This document shows positions 50,451-61,986 of a stretch of DNA of 64,000 bases, in pieces; position 1 is the stretch's first letter; the number at the start of each line of letters is the position of its first letter. The notes under the pieces were generated by a model. It was given only the letters and a program-made list of their open reading frames with translations. It did not search any database and was not told the DNA's origin. Source of the DNA: Camelus dromedarius (taxonomy: Eukaryota); the NCBI RefSeq assembly GCF_036321535.1, contig NC_087450.1, positions 63,302,001 to 63,366,000 of the forward strand. Reading direction: 5' to 3'. Both the position numbers and the translations under genes were made by a program.

Positions 50451-50898
50451 TATGATAGTTTATTATTCGTGTCAGCTTGATGGGGTCACAGAGTGCCCAG
50501 ATATTTGGCCCAGCATAATTCTGGGGGTTTCTGTGAGGGTGTTTTGAGGTGACGTTAGCATTTACATCAGTGAACCAAGTAAAGCACACGGTCCTCCCTG
50601 CTGTGGGTGGGCCCTGTGCAATCAGTTGAAGGTCTGTGTAGAACAAAAAGGCTGATGCTCCCCAACTAAGAGGGAACGCCTCCTTCCCAGTGACCCTCAC
50701 TCTGGGACACGGGCTTTCCCATGAAACGTCGGTGCATCCTCCACCTCAGGGCTGCTGACTCACCCTGCAGATCCAGGGACCCAGCCCCATCATCACACCA
50801 GCCACCTCCGTGTCATTGAGCTCTTTAAGGGGCACATTCATCCTGCCTGTGTCTCAGATGTTCGGCTGGTTCTGTCTCTGAAGGGCTCTGACCAGTGC
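50451..50898 (+). mobile_element. ERVL solo LTR (MLT2-like)
   Basis: Starts TATGATAGTTTATTATTCGTGTCAGCTTGATGGGGTCACAGAGTGCCCAGATATTTGG, contains CAATCAGTTGAAGGTCTG..AGAACAAAAAGGCTGA, ends GGTTCTGTCTCTGAAGGGCTCTGAC; matches the recalled MLT2 consensus. Confidence 0.8.
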
Positions 50899-53800
50899 GG
50901 ATGCCCCAAGTTTAAGACTTTCTAGAGAGAATCCCCAGGGACGCTTCTTTGAACATTTACTCATTCGAAGTAAATGGTCTCAGGTGAAATTCGGTCCGAG
51001 TGTCCTTGCCCCATATCTCTGCATGTCCAGGAGCTGCTCCTATTTAAATTCCTTGATCAGGGCATTCCACCCAGAACCAGATTTCCTTTCAGTGCTCTCT
51101 GAGGTTATTTGTCCTTTTGTATCGACTTTGATCGTCACTTACAAACATGCATGCATTCTGCACGAAACCTGAAAGGAGAGTCCCTGTGACTCCCCCATTG
51201 GTGGGGCTGAATAAATGCTCTGCACACAGCAACTGCTGGAGAGTCTCAGCCAGATGGATGCATGAACAATGCAAACTCCACCCTTCCAGGGAGGTGACTT
51301 TGCTTATGCAACTAGGATAAATCAGAAAGTCACTCTCCCCGGAGGTAAGAGCACATTTGCAGTGGGTTTGTTTAAGTCACATCGTGTAGCTTCATCCTCG
51401 ACAGACCTCGGTGTATTTGCTGCGACATCTTAAGTAACTTGTGAACCAGAAATACAGCTCTCAAGGGGCTTAAATACAAAACACATGTGGGCACCAGGGG
51501 ACGTCACAATGTCTTCTCTGGTGCGGCTTCTCCTTGCTTGTGACAGAGCTCAGAGAGCAAAGTTTATTCATCGTGAAAGGATTTTTTCATTGTTTCTTGT
51601 TACAGTGTTTTTTCGCTTGGAGAGCAGCCCCCGTGGCCCGGGAACATTCGCACGGTTCTAGGTCAGCATTTCTTGGTCGATGCTGCCTTATCTTCTGGTC
51701 TTCCCAGTCTAAGACCCTGAGCATTCCACTGCCAGATGAGCTTTCAAAACAGCCAGCGCAACAGCTTCAGCTGTGTGACCACCACCAGAGCCCAGCACTG
51801 GTCTCTCATGTGACAGTTTCACAACCATCTCCTTCCCTCATGGCTCCAGGGACATCCACCCTAAGGGGCAGGAGTTCCAAGTCTAACCCTAGCCCTAACC
51901 CTAGGGGCCTCCCTGGACGGTGGTGATGTTGTACACACAGAAATTTACCTCCTGGAAACCACAGGATAAACGCGCTCAGGCCCCTCGTGGGCTCCCAGGG
52001 CCCCGGTGCAGGGCCGACAAGCTGTCATGCGGAAGGTCCACGCGGTCTGCAGCTGCGGCGCTTCCGTGCCTGCTGGTGCTGTGAATAAAGGTGTTTTCCA
52101 TCAGGCTCTTAAGCCAGGAGCTTAATCAATACACAACGTTATCCTTTAAAACGACCTAGAGAACGTTAGTAAGTACAGGACATTTCTAAGCGTGAAAATT
52201 AATAAAATGAAATTAATAATTTTTCATTGCTTTAGAATAGGAAGGGGGATGTCTCTCAGGCCTGGCAGACAGAATGTGAGTGAGCCAAAACCTGCAGACA
52301 GAAGCCATCCTTCACTATTTCTCAATATTTCCCAACACCTTCTAATAACCAGGATTTGGCGAACATGTCCTGGAAGATAATCTAACGTGGGCAGAGAGCT
52401 CTGGGGGGGGACACTCTTCTCCAGAATTCCTTCCCCGGTGGTCACCCACCCCGTGTCCCCGCGGCGATGTGGTCCCATTCCTCTCCCTGAAGCAATCGAA
52501 CCCGTCAGCAACACTGCACGTCATCCGGGGAGACACTAACTTACCCCGCCTGGAGCTGGGTGATTTCAGCACCAGGTGACTGAGCTTTCCTTCGGTCCTC
52601 GTGGGCTGTACGGTAGACAGGAACATCGCGGTCTTAGAGGACGAGGAAGCCGAGGTCCTTTGCTCCAGCTACCCGGCCTCCTGACCATCGGGCTGGAGGA
52701 GAGCCTGAGCCCCTTCAGGATGGCGCCGTGGCCCTTCTCGTGCGCCAGCAGGCTCTGGGCCCCACTTGAAGAGCAACCTGCCTACTCTGTCATCTGGGAC
52801 ACCTTCCAACGTGCAGAAAGGAGGCTGCACAGTCCAGACTCGATGCTTTCGAATTCTCATCCTTACCTTTAAGTTTTTCCAGTCTTGGATTCAAGATTGT
52901 ATACAAGTTGAGTCAGCTGAATTGCAGACTGCACAGTTCCTGGCACAGAGTCAGGTTAAAATGCATGTGTATCTACCAGTGGATGGGTGGATGAACAAAA
53001 TGAGTGTTGTTACACTTCTGCGGTCCTCTCTCGCTTTGATGAGAACCAAGAAGTCACACAAAAGGGCCCTCAGACCAGAGCTGTGAACTGCTGACCGGTC
53101 TGATACAGCAGCGTGAGAAAGGGCTTGTTTGATTCTCAGGAGGAGCTGAGTTCAGCTGATGGCTCAGGAGTGTGGGGCAGCAGTGTCCCGAAGTGCAGTG
53201 GGATTGGGGGGTTACCTGAGTCCCGCTCCAAAGCACTGCCACCTTTGGGTGAGCTTCTAAGGGAAACCGAAGACAACAGCAGAGGGAGATTCAGGAACCA
53301 CCTCATCAGAGCTGCCGCAGTGCAGGGCTTCAGTGCAGTGACAGCTGGAAGACAGGGCCCCAGCACGTGGCTGCAGGACACAGCCCACCCATGGCATCTC
53401 CCTCCCTGACTCTGCAAGTCAACCTGAGCCCAGGATACTTGAAATTCAAATCTCATGCACTTTCCCCTGTTTTCAAATTCAAAAAATGGAATTAAAATTT
53501 TAAATAAATTTTTCTCTTTGGACAAATGACAGCCCCCTAACTACTCGCTTCCCAAATCTTCTGTCTTTAGACTTTTTTATCCTGCTCAGGCCAGCTGCAG
53601 GACTGCAGGACGCCGGCCCAGATGCCCAGGAAGGGTCTGGGCTCCTCACAGGAGCTGCCCTCTGGGCATCTCCGCTGGGTCTGGTGTGGCTCCTGGTGGG
53701 GTCCTTTCCATGAGTGGGGCGGATGCTCCGTTCCCATCACACTCATGGCTGTGGTCCTGACGGGAAATTGGGAATTCAGCCCTGTGCCCCTCACTGACTC

Positions 53801-56800
53801 CCACTCTCACCCGGGACCCAGCAGTGTGGGCCGCAGCTCAATAGCCCCAGATGAAGGTTCAGCCCAGCACGCGCTGCACACTTGCACCCCTGGGCAGCAG
53901 GCAGATGTGAACGCCTGGGCCACCTGCCGCAGGCTGGGATGACACCGGACCCGTGGGCAGAGCTCGGCGCCAGGCCAGCGGGAACTCTGGGCTCCGGTAA
54001 CAGGGCGGCTCTGCTTCGTTTGGGCCGAGGCTCTCAGTCTATTGGGAATCAACGTGCCTTTCCACCGTGGGCGAGAAATCCTGCACGTCCAAGGGGTTAA
54101 GGTGTGAATTGTTCTTGCTGGGGTGCAGGCCAAAAAGCAGACTCAACACCACCAGCTGTCACACAATTTTCCAAAAACCTCAGTGCCCCTGGGTGTTCCA
54201 TTCCTGCCTCAGACACAAAGGTAATAATTACATCAGAAGCATCTGCATGAGTTTTAGGGTGACTCGGGCAATTCTCAAACTAGAATGAGGCACCCATGTG
54301 GTTTTCCCCGGTCCCTTGCTGGGTGAATGTGTCCTCTAAGTGTTACGCCCTGCCATCGCTATTTCCTCCAAAGCTCGACTAATCTAACTTGAATGGTCTA
54401 CTTTGCCAACATTTCAAACAAACCTGTAATCAGAGTGCGGCCCCGAATGGCTGTCACTGAACTGGAATCTCACGCAGGCCCTAGAAGGGCAGAGTAGCTG
54501 CCTAAGCACTGGCCTTCTTGTCGCTCGCGCGTTTCCCCGGGACCCATGCTGCGCTGCCAATGATGCTATTTGGGTAAATCGGGGAGAAAGAGGGACTGGG
54601 AGAGTGGACAACCAGATTTTCTGAAACTCTGTTCATTCCACGGAAAGGTTCTGACACATCGTGAAAACCAGCTTTACTCCTAGGATATAAAAGCTACAGC
54701 AGCTTCTCACACTAAGACATTACCTGGGAAAAGTTACAGTAGCTGACTCACAGCCGCTGGGTCAGCAGGAGCCCCCCCCACCAGGCTGGAAGATTAGCGT
54801 GTGTGCGTGTTTAGGCAGGCAGGCAGTAGACACCCACACTGAGTCTCTACATAAAACACAGGGGTATTAGTTTTGCAGTTCCATTAGTTTTATTGACTGA
54901 TTTTGATAATTTTGATAAGATCAGTTTAAATCAATTGACTAAAAGTAGGACATGCCAACATACTTAAGACTTGAAAGCTTATTAAAGACATCTTTTGATC
55001 TAAGCAATTGACTAAGCATTTGGATCCATCAACAAGTCGAAGACGACTAAAACCCCAGGAACACCGAACGCTCCCGCTCGGTCAGCGTCCTTCAGCGACC
55101 ACGAGGAAGCTCCAAAGCAGCGTCTGCACCACAGGCACAACAGAGTGATGGGGTTTCGCTCATTTCCATCACAGAAATAGCGCCGGACCTCCCTGCCCTG
55201 GTGTCCGGGGAGCAGAAGATGTGTTTTCAAACATAATACAACGTGTCTGAACTTGGACGGCAACTTGGCACGTGTCTCTTGACACGTCAATAAACATGAC
55301 TTTAAGGAGATTAACTGAACCAAACATTTATAAATTTCCCACTTCTGAGCGTGCATACCTTCCCCCAGAGGACCCAGTGTGACTGGCCCAGAATCCAGGT
55401 CTGACCGTGTGGCTGGTGGGTATCAGTTTGCACAGACGGCTCTCTCGAACCTCCGCGTGTCACCCGCCCCTGCTGTCTAGCGCCGCCGGGCTCTCAGACT
55501 CTCGGAGCAAACTCACTGGAAAGCAGTTTATCAGGACGCTTGCCGTGGCTGTTTTGCTGCGGGGTAACTAGGCGAGTGCAGGAGAAGGGAGGGTCTCCTT
55601 GACGCCCTGGGGGGCGAGGGTGAAGTGGTCCCTCGTCACCGTCACTGGCTGCGATGGCCCAATTCTGGTGCCAAAACTCATCAAATGACACTCTAGTAAA
55701 ATGGCTGCAGCCTCGCCCAAGAAATGTCCTGCCAGCCGTTTCAGGTTTTTAATCTACAAAGATAAATGTCACGCCCAAGAATGTAAAAAGAGATTATTCA
55801 TATTTATGAGATTCTTTCCCAGAGAGAGAGAACTTTTTTAAATGCTTTCAAAAGCCATATTGAACTCACTCTATTTTTTCTGAGAGTAGAAATCATGGCC
55901 AAAAATAGACATTCACTGATTTTATTGCATATTTTCCATGAAACCCCGCTGGCTTCATAGGACAAAGGAGTCTGTTTTGAAATATGCACCCTCCACAGTG
56001 AGAAATAAATGGAAAAGTGAATCATATTGATTTTTTATGAAGAACTGATAAAATAAAGCAGTCTTCTGGGCAGTTTCAGGGAAAATCAGTTCCACAACGG
56101 TTAGAGTCCATGGGCTTCAGCACCGTGCGACTGTCAGTTGGAGTAACTTAGAGCAAACACTGAGCCCGAACACCAGAAGGTTCGGGATGTTAATCCCTAA
56201 GCCCCTGGAGTCCTGCTGTGCTTTGTGACGCGATGACACAGTCCGTGACTGGGAGGAATTCCAATCTTCTGTGTGCGTAGTAATAAAACAGCCGTTAAAA
56301 CATTCACCTGCATTTTTATTATCAAGTAGCAAGATGTACTCACACCAGATCACTGTGTCTCTTCCAAAAGTAAATAAACTCACTGCAAGTTAGATTAAAA
56401 GGGAAAGTCACTTGGCAGTGTCCATTTATAAGAGTAATCATGTGCTTCTTTGCGCATTTCCCCTTGCAGAAAGACGCCATAGAGTCCTGTTACAGGGCAG
56501 CTTTGAGCAATATTTTAATCGTTTAGTCTTCTTTTTTGGAGAACGGAGAACAATGTCATTTCCTCACTCAGGGTGGGGGCAGGGGGCGTTCAGGGGCAGA
56601 AAGGGTCACTGATAACGTAGAGAGTGTTAGTGGAGGAGGCGTCCCGCACACATCCCGTGGGTGGCCTCACACCGTCCTGCGTGGGAGGGTCGGTGTGCAC
56701 CAAGGTGTCCCAGCTCCCCTCCGGCCCCACCCTGCGCGTCTGGACGAGTCCGCCCTGCTCGTCCCCAGGACGGGGCCCCCTGCTCACCATCCTGTGGAGA

Positions 56801-59613
56801 CCAGGGAGGAAGCTTCCGTCCCTCCAGGCAGAGGAAGGACAGGGGAACCCCCGTCAAGGGCGGAGAGCAGTGCGGGGGCACTGACCCAACGGCGGCAGCC
56901 CCGTGGCCTGAGTGACCCTTCTCGAGGCCGCAGGCCCGGACGTAACCAGGAATGTGTGCATCAGGGACTTGCCGCCGACTCAGAGCAGCCACGCCTCCAG
57001 CCCCTGGACCTGGAGAGAGCCTGGCACCCGCTTCCCGCTGCTGCCCCCGGGACTGCTGCTCCCCGACGTGTAAGAGCTCCCAGCAGCTTCACCTGCTTCG
57101 TTCTGCACACACGGCCTGCCCAGCGTGCCTACTGGTGTGTTTTCCCTGCTGGACGTGAGTCTGTGAGGAGGCGATGTCCACGTTGCTGAGTGCGGCTGGC
57201 CTGGTCGCGGTCCTGGCTGGGTGGTGTGAATGTTCCCGACCTGATATCCATTCGCTGCTGAAGCGCACTCAGGCGGCTTCTTTGTCTGGTTTGGTTTGGT
57301 TTGATCGGTGTTCGCTTTCACTGGTCTGCACATGGCTTCTTCAGGCTGCTTTCAGTGACTGTCACATGCGGGGAAGTGTAAGTGTTCAGCTGGCGCAGAC
57401 GTGGCCGTGTGCTTCTCACAAGTAGCCCTACTGGGGGCCAGTCCCGCCAGCGAGTGTGAGAATTCTGGTTGTTCTAAATCCGCGCCTACCCAGAGTTTTC
57501 TGTCCTTTTTCTTCCGTTTTATCTCGTCCATTCTGGCAGACGTCCCACTGTATTGTGCTTTCACTTTGTGATTTTTGATACTTGGATTGTGGATTCTGAT
57601 TCTGCATGCTGGATCACGGGAGGAAATGAAAAGTCTTTTAAATTATATTACAAATCGAAGAAATACAGCCTCCAAAGGGTGCTGTATGTCTTTCCTAAGA
57701 CTGACAGAAAAACACATAGCTGGGTTTGAGGTTTGCCTAGAACAGTCGACAGGAGAGCGCTGCCGCACTCACACCCAGCCAGCACAAGCGCCTACCGCGC
57801 GCGCTCGGGTGCGGGGGTTTGTTACCTGCACTGCGACCACATTTTGTTTCCTCTGCGTTGCCTCCTGGTTCATGACTCAGTGAGGACACTAGCAGGGTTA
57901 TCCTTTCTGGAGTTTTAGCAAATGGCCATCAGGTCACCTACTGTCCTGGGAAGAAAGTGCTTCACAGAGGGGCTGGACGTCAGTGTGGTCAAAACTGAGT
58001 CTCGACAACAGACTCCAAACCTCTTCTACTGTTCTGACTTGAGACACGTTGGGCAGAGTCCTGTCTCAGATTCACTGAACTGGAGTTAGGGGGGCAGGGT
58101 TTCCCGGAATTATTTCTGCAACGGAACATCCCCTCCTCGCAGGCTCCTGGCGTGGCTGGCAGAACTCTCTCCACCAAGCACAGGCTGCACCGTCCTTGCT
58201 CGTCATGACAGTAACTTCTTCTTTATCACTTGTATTATTTGAACGAGATCTCACCACATCAAAATCCAACTTTGATTGTTACTTTCTACCTTTTTCTCAA
58301 GTCTCTCTTAATTCAAGTTCTGTACAGTGAGGGGATTTCTCTTTCCTAACCCATCCCGTTGTTCACAGGCTTTGAAATTAGGGAGACACAAGGCTGGAAC
58401 GACAAAGGACGGCAGAACCCCTCCGCTCCCATCAGCTGATCAGCTGCGGCACCAAAGCAAACCGAGACTCCTGGCTCCCCGTCTCCTCTCTGGGCTGTTA
58501 GCCAGGCTTTCTTCTGTTAAATCACGAATGTACTTCACAATCCGAAAGAAAACATCACAATCATCAACCTGCATACCATACATAGTTCATATTCCAAGTG
58601 AAAAGTCTAGGTTACATGTGTGAACAGATGTGCTTGCATTTCAACTTTGATTTTTCTCAAAAAAGAGAATTCTGATTTGCAAAATCATTTCTACTATGAA
58701 TCATAGACATGTTTATTGCATGATAAATAACAGATCTGTATATAAATAAAGTTTCACCAGAAAAATAATGTAAAAATATTTTTGGCTTGAATTTTCACTT
58801 TGCATTTTAATAAGAAACACATCATTATCACTTTAAAATTTTATAGGATGATTTTGAAAATGACAGTTATTTCAAAGAAAGGTATTTTTAGACAAATGAA
58901 AAAAGTTCAACAGAAAATTTAGTATAAAAAGAGAATTATTATGATGTAGTTAAATAGAGAATAGTTATTATGTAGTTGAAGTACATTTTAAAAGCCTTTT
59001 ATTATATCAAACAAAGTAAAGTTCTGTTCGAATCGTTAGAAGCTTTTCTTTAAAAATGTTCTGACTACTAGTGTTGTGGGAGGTTTTGAATGACTGTTGT
59101 GCCCAGAATCATTCCCACTGCTCTGCTTCTGTGCTGTGGGCCATTCTCCCAAGGAGACAGATCTCCCGTTTCCCTCTCAGCCTCTCCCTGACACCCCTGG
59201 TCAGTCAGCCCAGCGCCTGGGCAGGCAGCCCAGCCCCTGGCACAAGCTGACGCTCAGAGACGATTAGAGATTAGCTGGTGATCCCCCTCTTCTGTTCAGG
59301 ACATAAAGCACTAAGATGGGCTGACTTGTCCCAAATCGAGCGATGGGCACAGAGGATCGTGGACTGACTGAGACATTAGAGTCTGAGACTTCACGGCACT
59401 TCTTAGAGCCCAGCAGTGGGACAGGTCAAGCTGGCTGCGTGCAGATCAGCAAAGGAGGAGTCTCGGGGTCACCACGTGGTACCGGCTTCTTAGGCTGGAC
59501 CTCTGGGAGGGGAACACTCCACTGGCTGTCAGAGCAGAGATGTACTTTAGCTCTTAATTAGCTATCTCTGCTGGGTGGTGACTTTTACAAGGGTGGGAAA
59601 GCCTGCTTTCTCA

Positions 59614-59788
59614 CTAACCCTACCCTAACCCTACCCCAGCCCCAACCCCAACGCTAACCCCAACCTTAACCCTAACCCCAGCCCCAACCCTAGCCCCAAT
59701 CCCAACCTTAACCCTAAACCGAACCCCAACCCCATGCCCAATCCCAACCCTAGCCCCAATCCTAACCCTAACCCCAGCCCCAGCCCTC
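59614..59788. repeat. Degenerate interstitial telomere-like array (CCCTAA variants), about 29 hexamers
   Basis: CCCTAA, CCCCAA, CCCTAG, CCCCAG and CCTTAA hexamers in register; C-rich strand is +. Confidence 0.9.
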
Positions 59789-60049
59789 ACGCGGCACAGG
59801 ATCTGCACACGCAGTGGGACCCACAGCAGTGCTGTCCGTCGGAGGGGACTCCAGCCATTGCTTACTGATTAGTGTTATATGGAGCTAGTGTTTCTTGCCC
59901 CCAGGGGTGTTGTGACCGGCATCTGAGCTCTCAGTGCTGCATGAGGGTATCGGACGCTTTGGGGTTTACCTTGCAGGTAAGGCTCCAGGCGCCTGCAAGT
60001 GTGTCCTCCAGCCAAATGCACCAGATCACCTCAATCAACTTATGCGCCT

Positions 60050-61350
60050 GCCTCAGTGTAGAGCAGTTTCCATGTCTGCACACTCTGGCTTGATTCAGCT
60101 TTGCAGACACTGTGACCATGAATCACATCACATTGTTCATTTTCTTTTAACTGAATGCAGGCAATGTTAATTAAGAAGATGAATGGTTGAGTTCTGTCTT
60201 TGTAAACTACCTGTTCGTATGTGTTCCCATGTTTCCACTGGTTGACTTTTTCTCATTGCTGAATTTTGTCCCTCTGAAAATCACGTGCTGAAGTCCTGAC
60301 CCCAGCACCTCAGAACGTCACTGTGTTTGGAGGCAGGGTCTGTGAAGAGTTAATTACGTTAATAAGGCTGTTAGTCATGTAATCAGTATGCCGGGGGTCC
60401 TGTGAGAAGAGGAGACTGGACACAGATGACTGAGAGGGACACCTGTCTCCACGTGAGGACATGGGGTGGACGGCCGTCTACCCGCAGGGAGAGAAGCAGG
60501 AGGGACCAGCCCCGCGGACCCCCGGGCCTTGACCCCAGCCCCCAGGGCCAGGAGGGTTAAATCCCTGTGGGTTCACACGCTCCGCCCGTGGTGCTTGTGT
60601 GGGCGGGAGGCTGACTGGGGCAGCTCGCTGGCAGGTCTCGAGCACAAGCGATGAGACCTTGTGCGCATTTTCTTCTGCAAGTTCTGTTTACTTTGGTGAA
60701 AACTTCTCTTTTATGAAGTTAGTTTGAAAATAGTTCCCTCTGTTCTGCAGTGACAACTCCATCCTGCTAGACACGTCTCAATTTTTATCTCTATCCAGAT
60801 TGCCTGGTCTTGCTTTCATTTGTATCCATGATACATTGTGCAAATTGATGTGCTGTTTATACTTCTGGCTGCTTTGCTGGAATCTCCACCTGACTCTTGA
60901 TTTTCACAATGTCCTGACTGTCCTTGACTCACTCTCCTTCCATACAAATATTAAATTCAGCTTAGAATATTCTTCCAGTATCTGTTTGGAACTTCAGTGA
61001 AAAATGCGTCGCATCAGTAGATTAATCCAGGGAGCCCTGGTGTGTGTGCTGTGTCATCCCTTCTCATCCACACCTGTGGTACAGTTCCCCATGTATTCAT
61101 GTTTTTAAATGCTTTCCTCTGTGAAGACTTTGTACATCTTATATTAGTAGCACCTTTTGATAACTCAGATTTTTACTCCAGGACAAGTGGGATCTTTTTT
61201 CCCATAAATATTTTCATTATGACTGTTGAAAATGAATGCAATGGCTTTAAAAATACTGGTCTTGTACATAATTAGTAAAGTTCAGAGATTCTGGAAACCA
61301 TATTGTATTTTCTTCTTAATTAAAAAAATCTTGTTGTTAGCTATTCAAGG
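60050..61350 (-). mobile_element. Ancient L1 ORF2 remnant split by an MLT1 LTR
   Basis: T-rich blocks typical of reverse-strand ORF2 (e.g. TCCTTCCATACAAATATTAAATTCAGCTT); highly degenerate. Confidence 0.5.
60257..60625 (+). mobile_element. MaLR solo LTR (MLT1A/B/C-like)
   Basis: CTGAATTTTGTCCCTCTGAAAATCACGTGCTGAAGTCCTGACCCC..TGTGTTTGGAGGCAGGG..GTCCTGTGAGAAGAGGAG..CACGTGAGGACA..GGCCGTCT..TAAATCCCTGTGG. Confidence 0.8.
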
Positions 61351-61394
61351 AGATTAGGAGATTATGGAAAATAACACAAAGGACCTCCAGGTGA

Positions 61395-61960
61395 CATTTT
61401 TTATTGTAATAAGGAAACCTAACATGAAGTTACCCTCTTAACAATTTGTACACTGCAGGTTCAGCGCTGCCACCTGGACTGCGCTCTGTGCTGCACGGAA
61501 GATCCCCACGACCATTCACCTTGCAGGACTGGAACCTCAGGCGCGTTGAGCAGCGACCACCATCACCCACCGTTCCTCTCTCTGTTTCTGCGAGTGTGGC
61601 CTTTGCAGCACCTCAAATAAGTGGAATCGTGCAGCATCCGTCCTTGCACGATGACCCACTTCGCTGGGCACAGTGTCCCCGGGCTCCCCCAGGGTGTCCC
61701 ACCAGGCAGGACTGCCTTCATCTTGAGGGGAGGCTGTGTCGCCGCGCAGGTGCCCACACACCATCCGGATCCAGCACCCGTCCATCAGTGGGCGCTGGTG
61801 GGGTCTCCACGTCTTGGCTGCAGTGAACACAGAGGGTGGTTGGCGCTTCTGGGTCTTGACCTCAGTGCTCTTGGGTACGTTAACAGGTCAGACTCCACAT
61901 CAGATCATGTTGTGAATAGCTACTCATATGGTATTTGTTGCAAACTTCTTTCTGGTCTAA
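61395..61960 (-). mobile_element. L1MA/MB-like 3' end fragment, target of the young L1
   Basis: CCTAACATGAAGTTACCCTCTTAACAATTT..CCTCAAATAAGTGGAATCGTGCAGCAT..CCACGTCTTGGCTGCAGTGAAC resembles a GC-shifted L1 3' end. Confidence 0.65.
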
Positions 61961-61986
61961 AACTTTTCTTTAAAAATGGTTATAAT

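Noticed and set aside
55012-55356. Exon-like CpG-containing stretch with ORFs on both strands
   Set aside because: No recognisable protein similarity or convincing splice-site pair.
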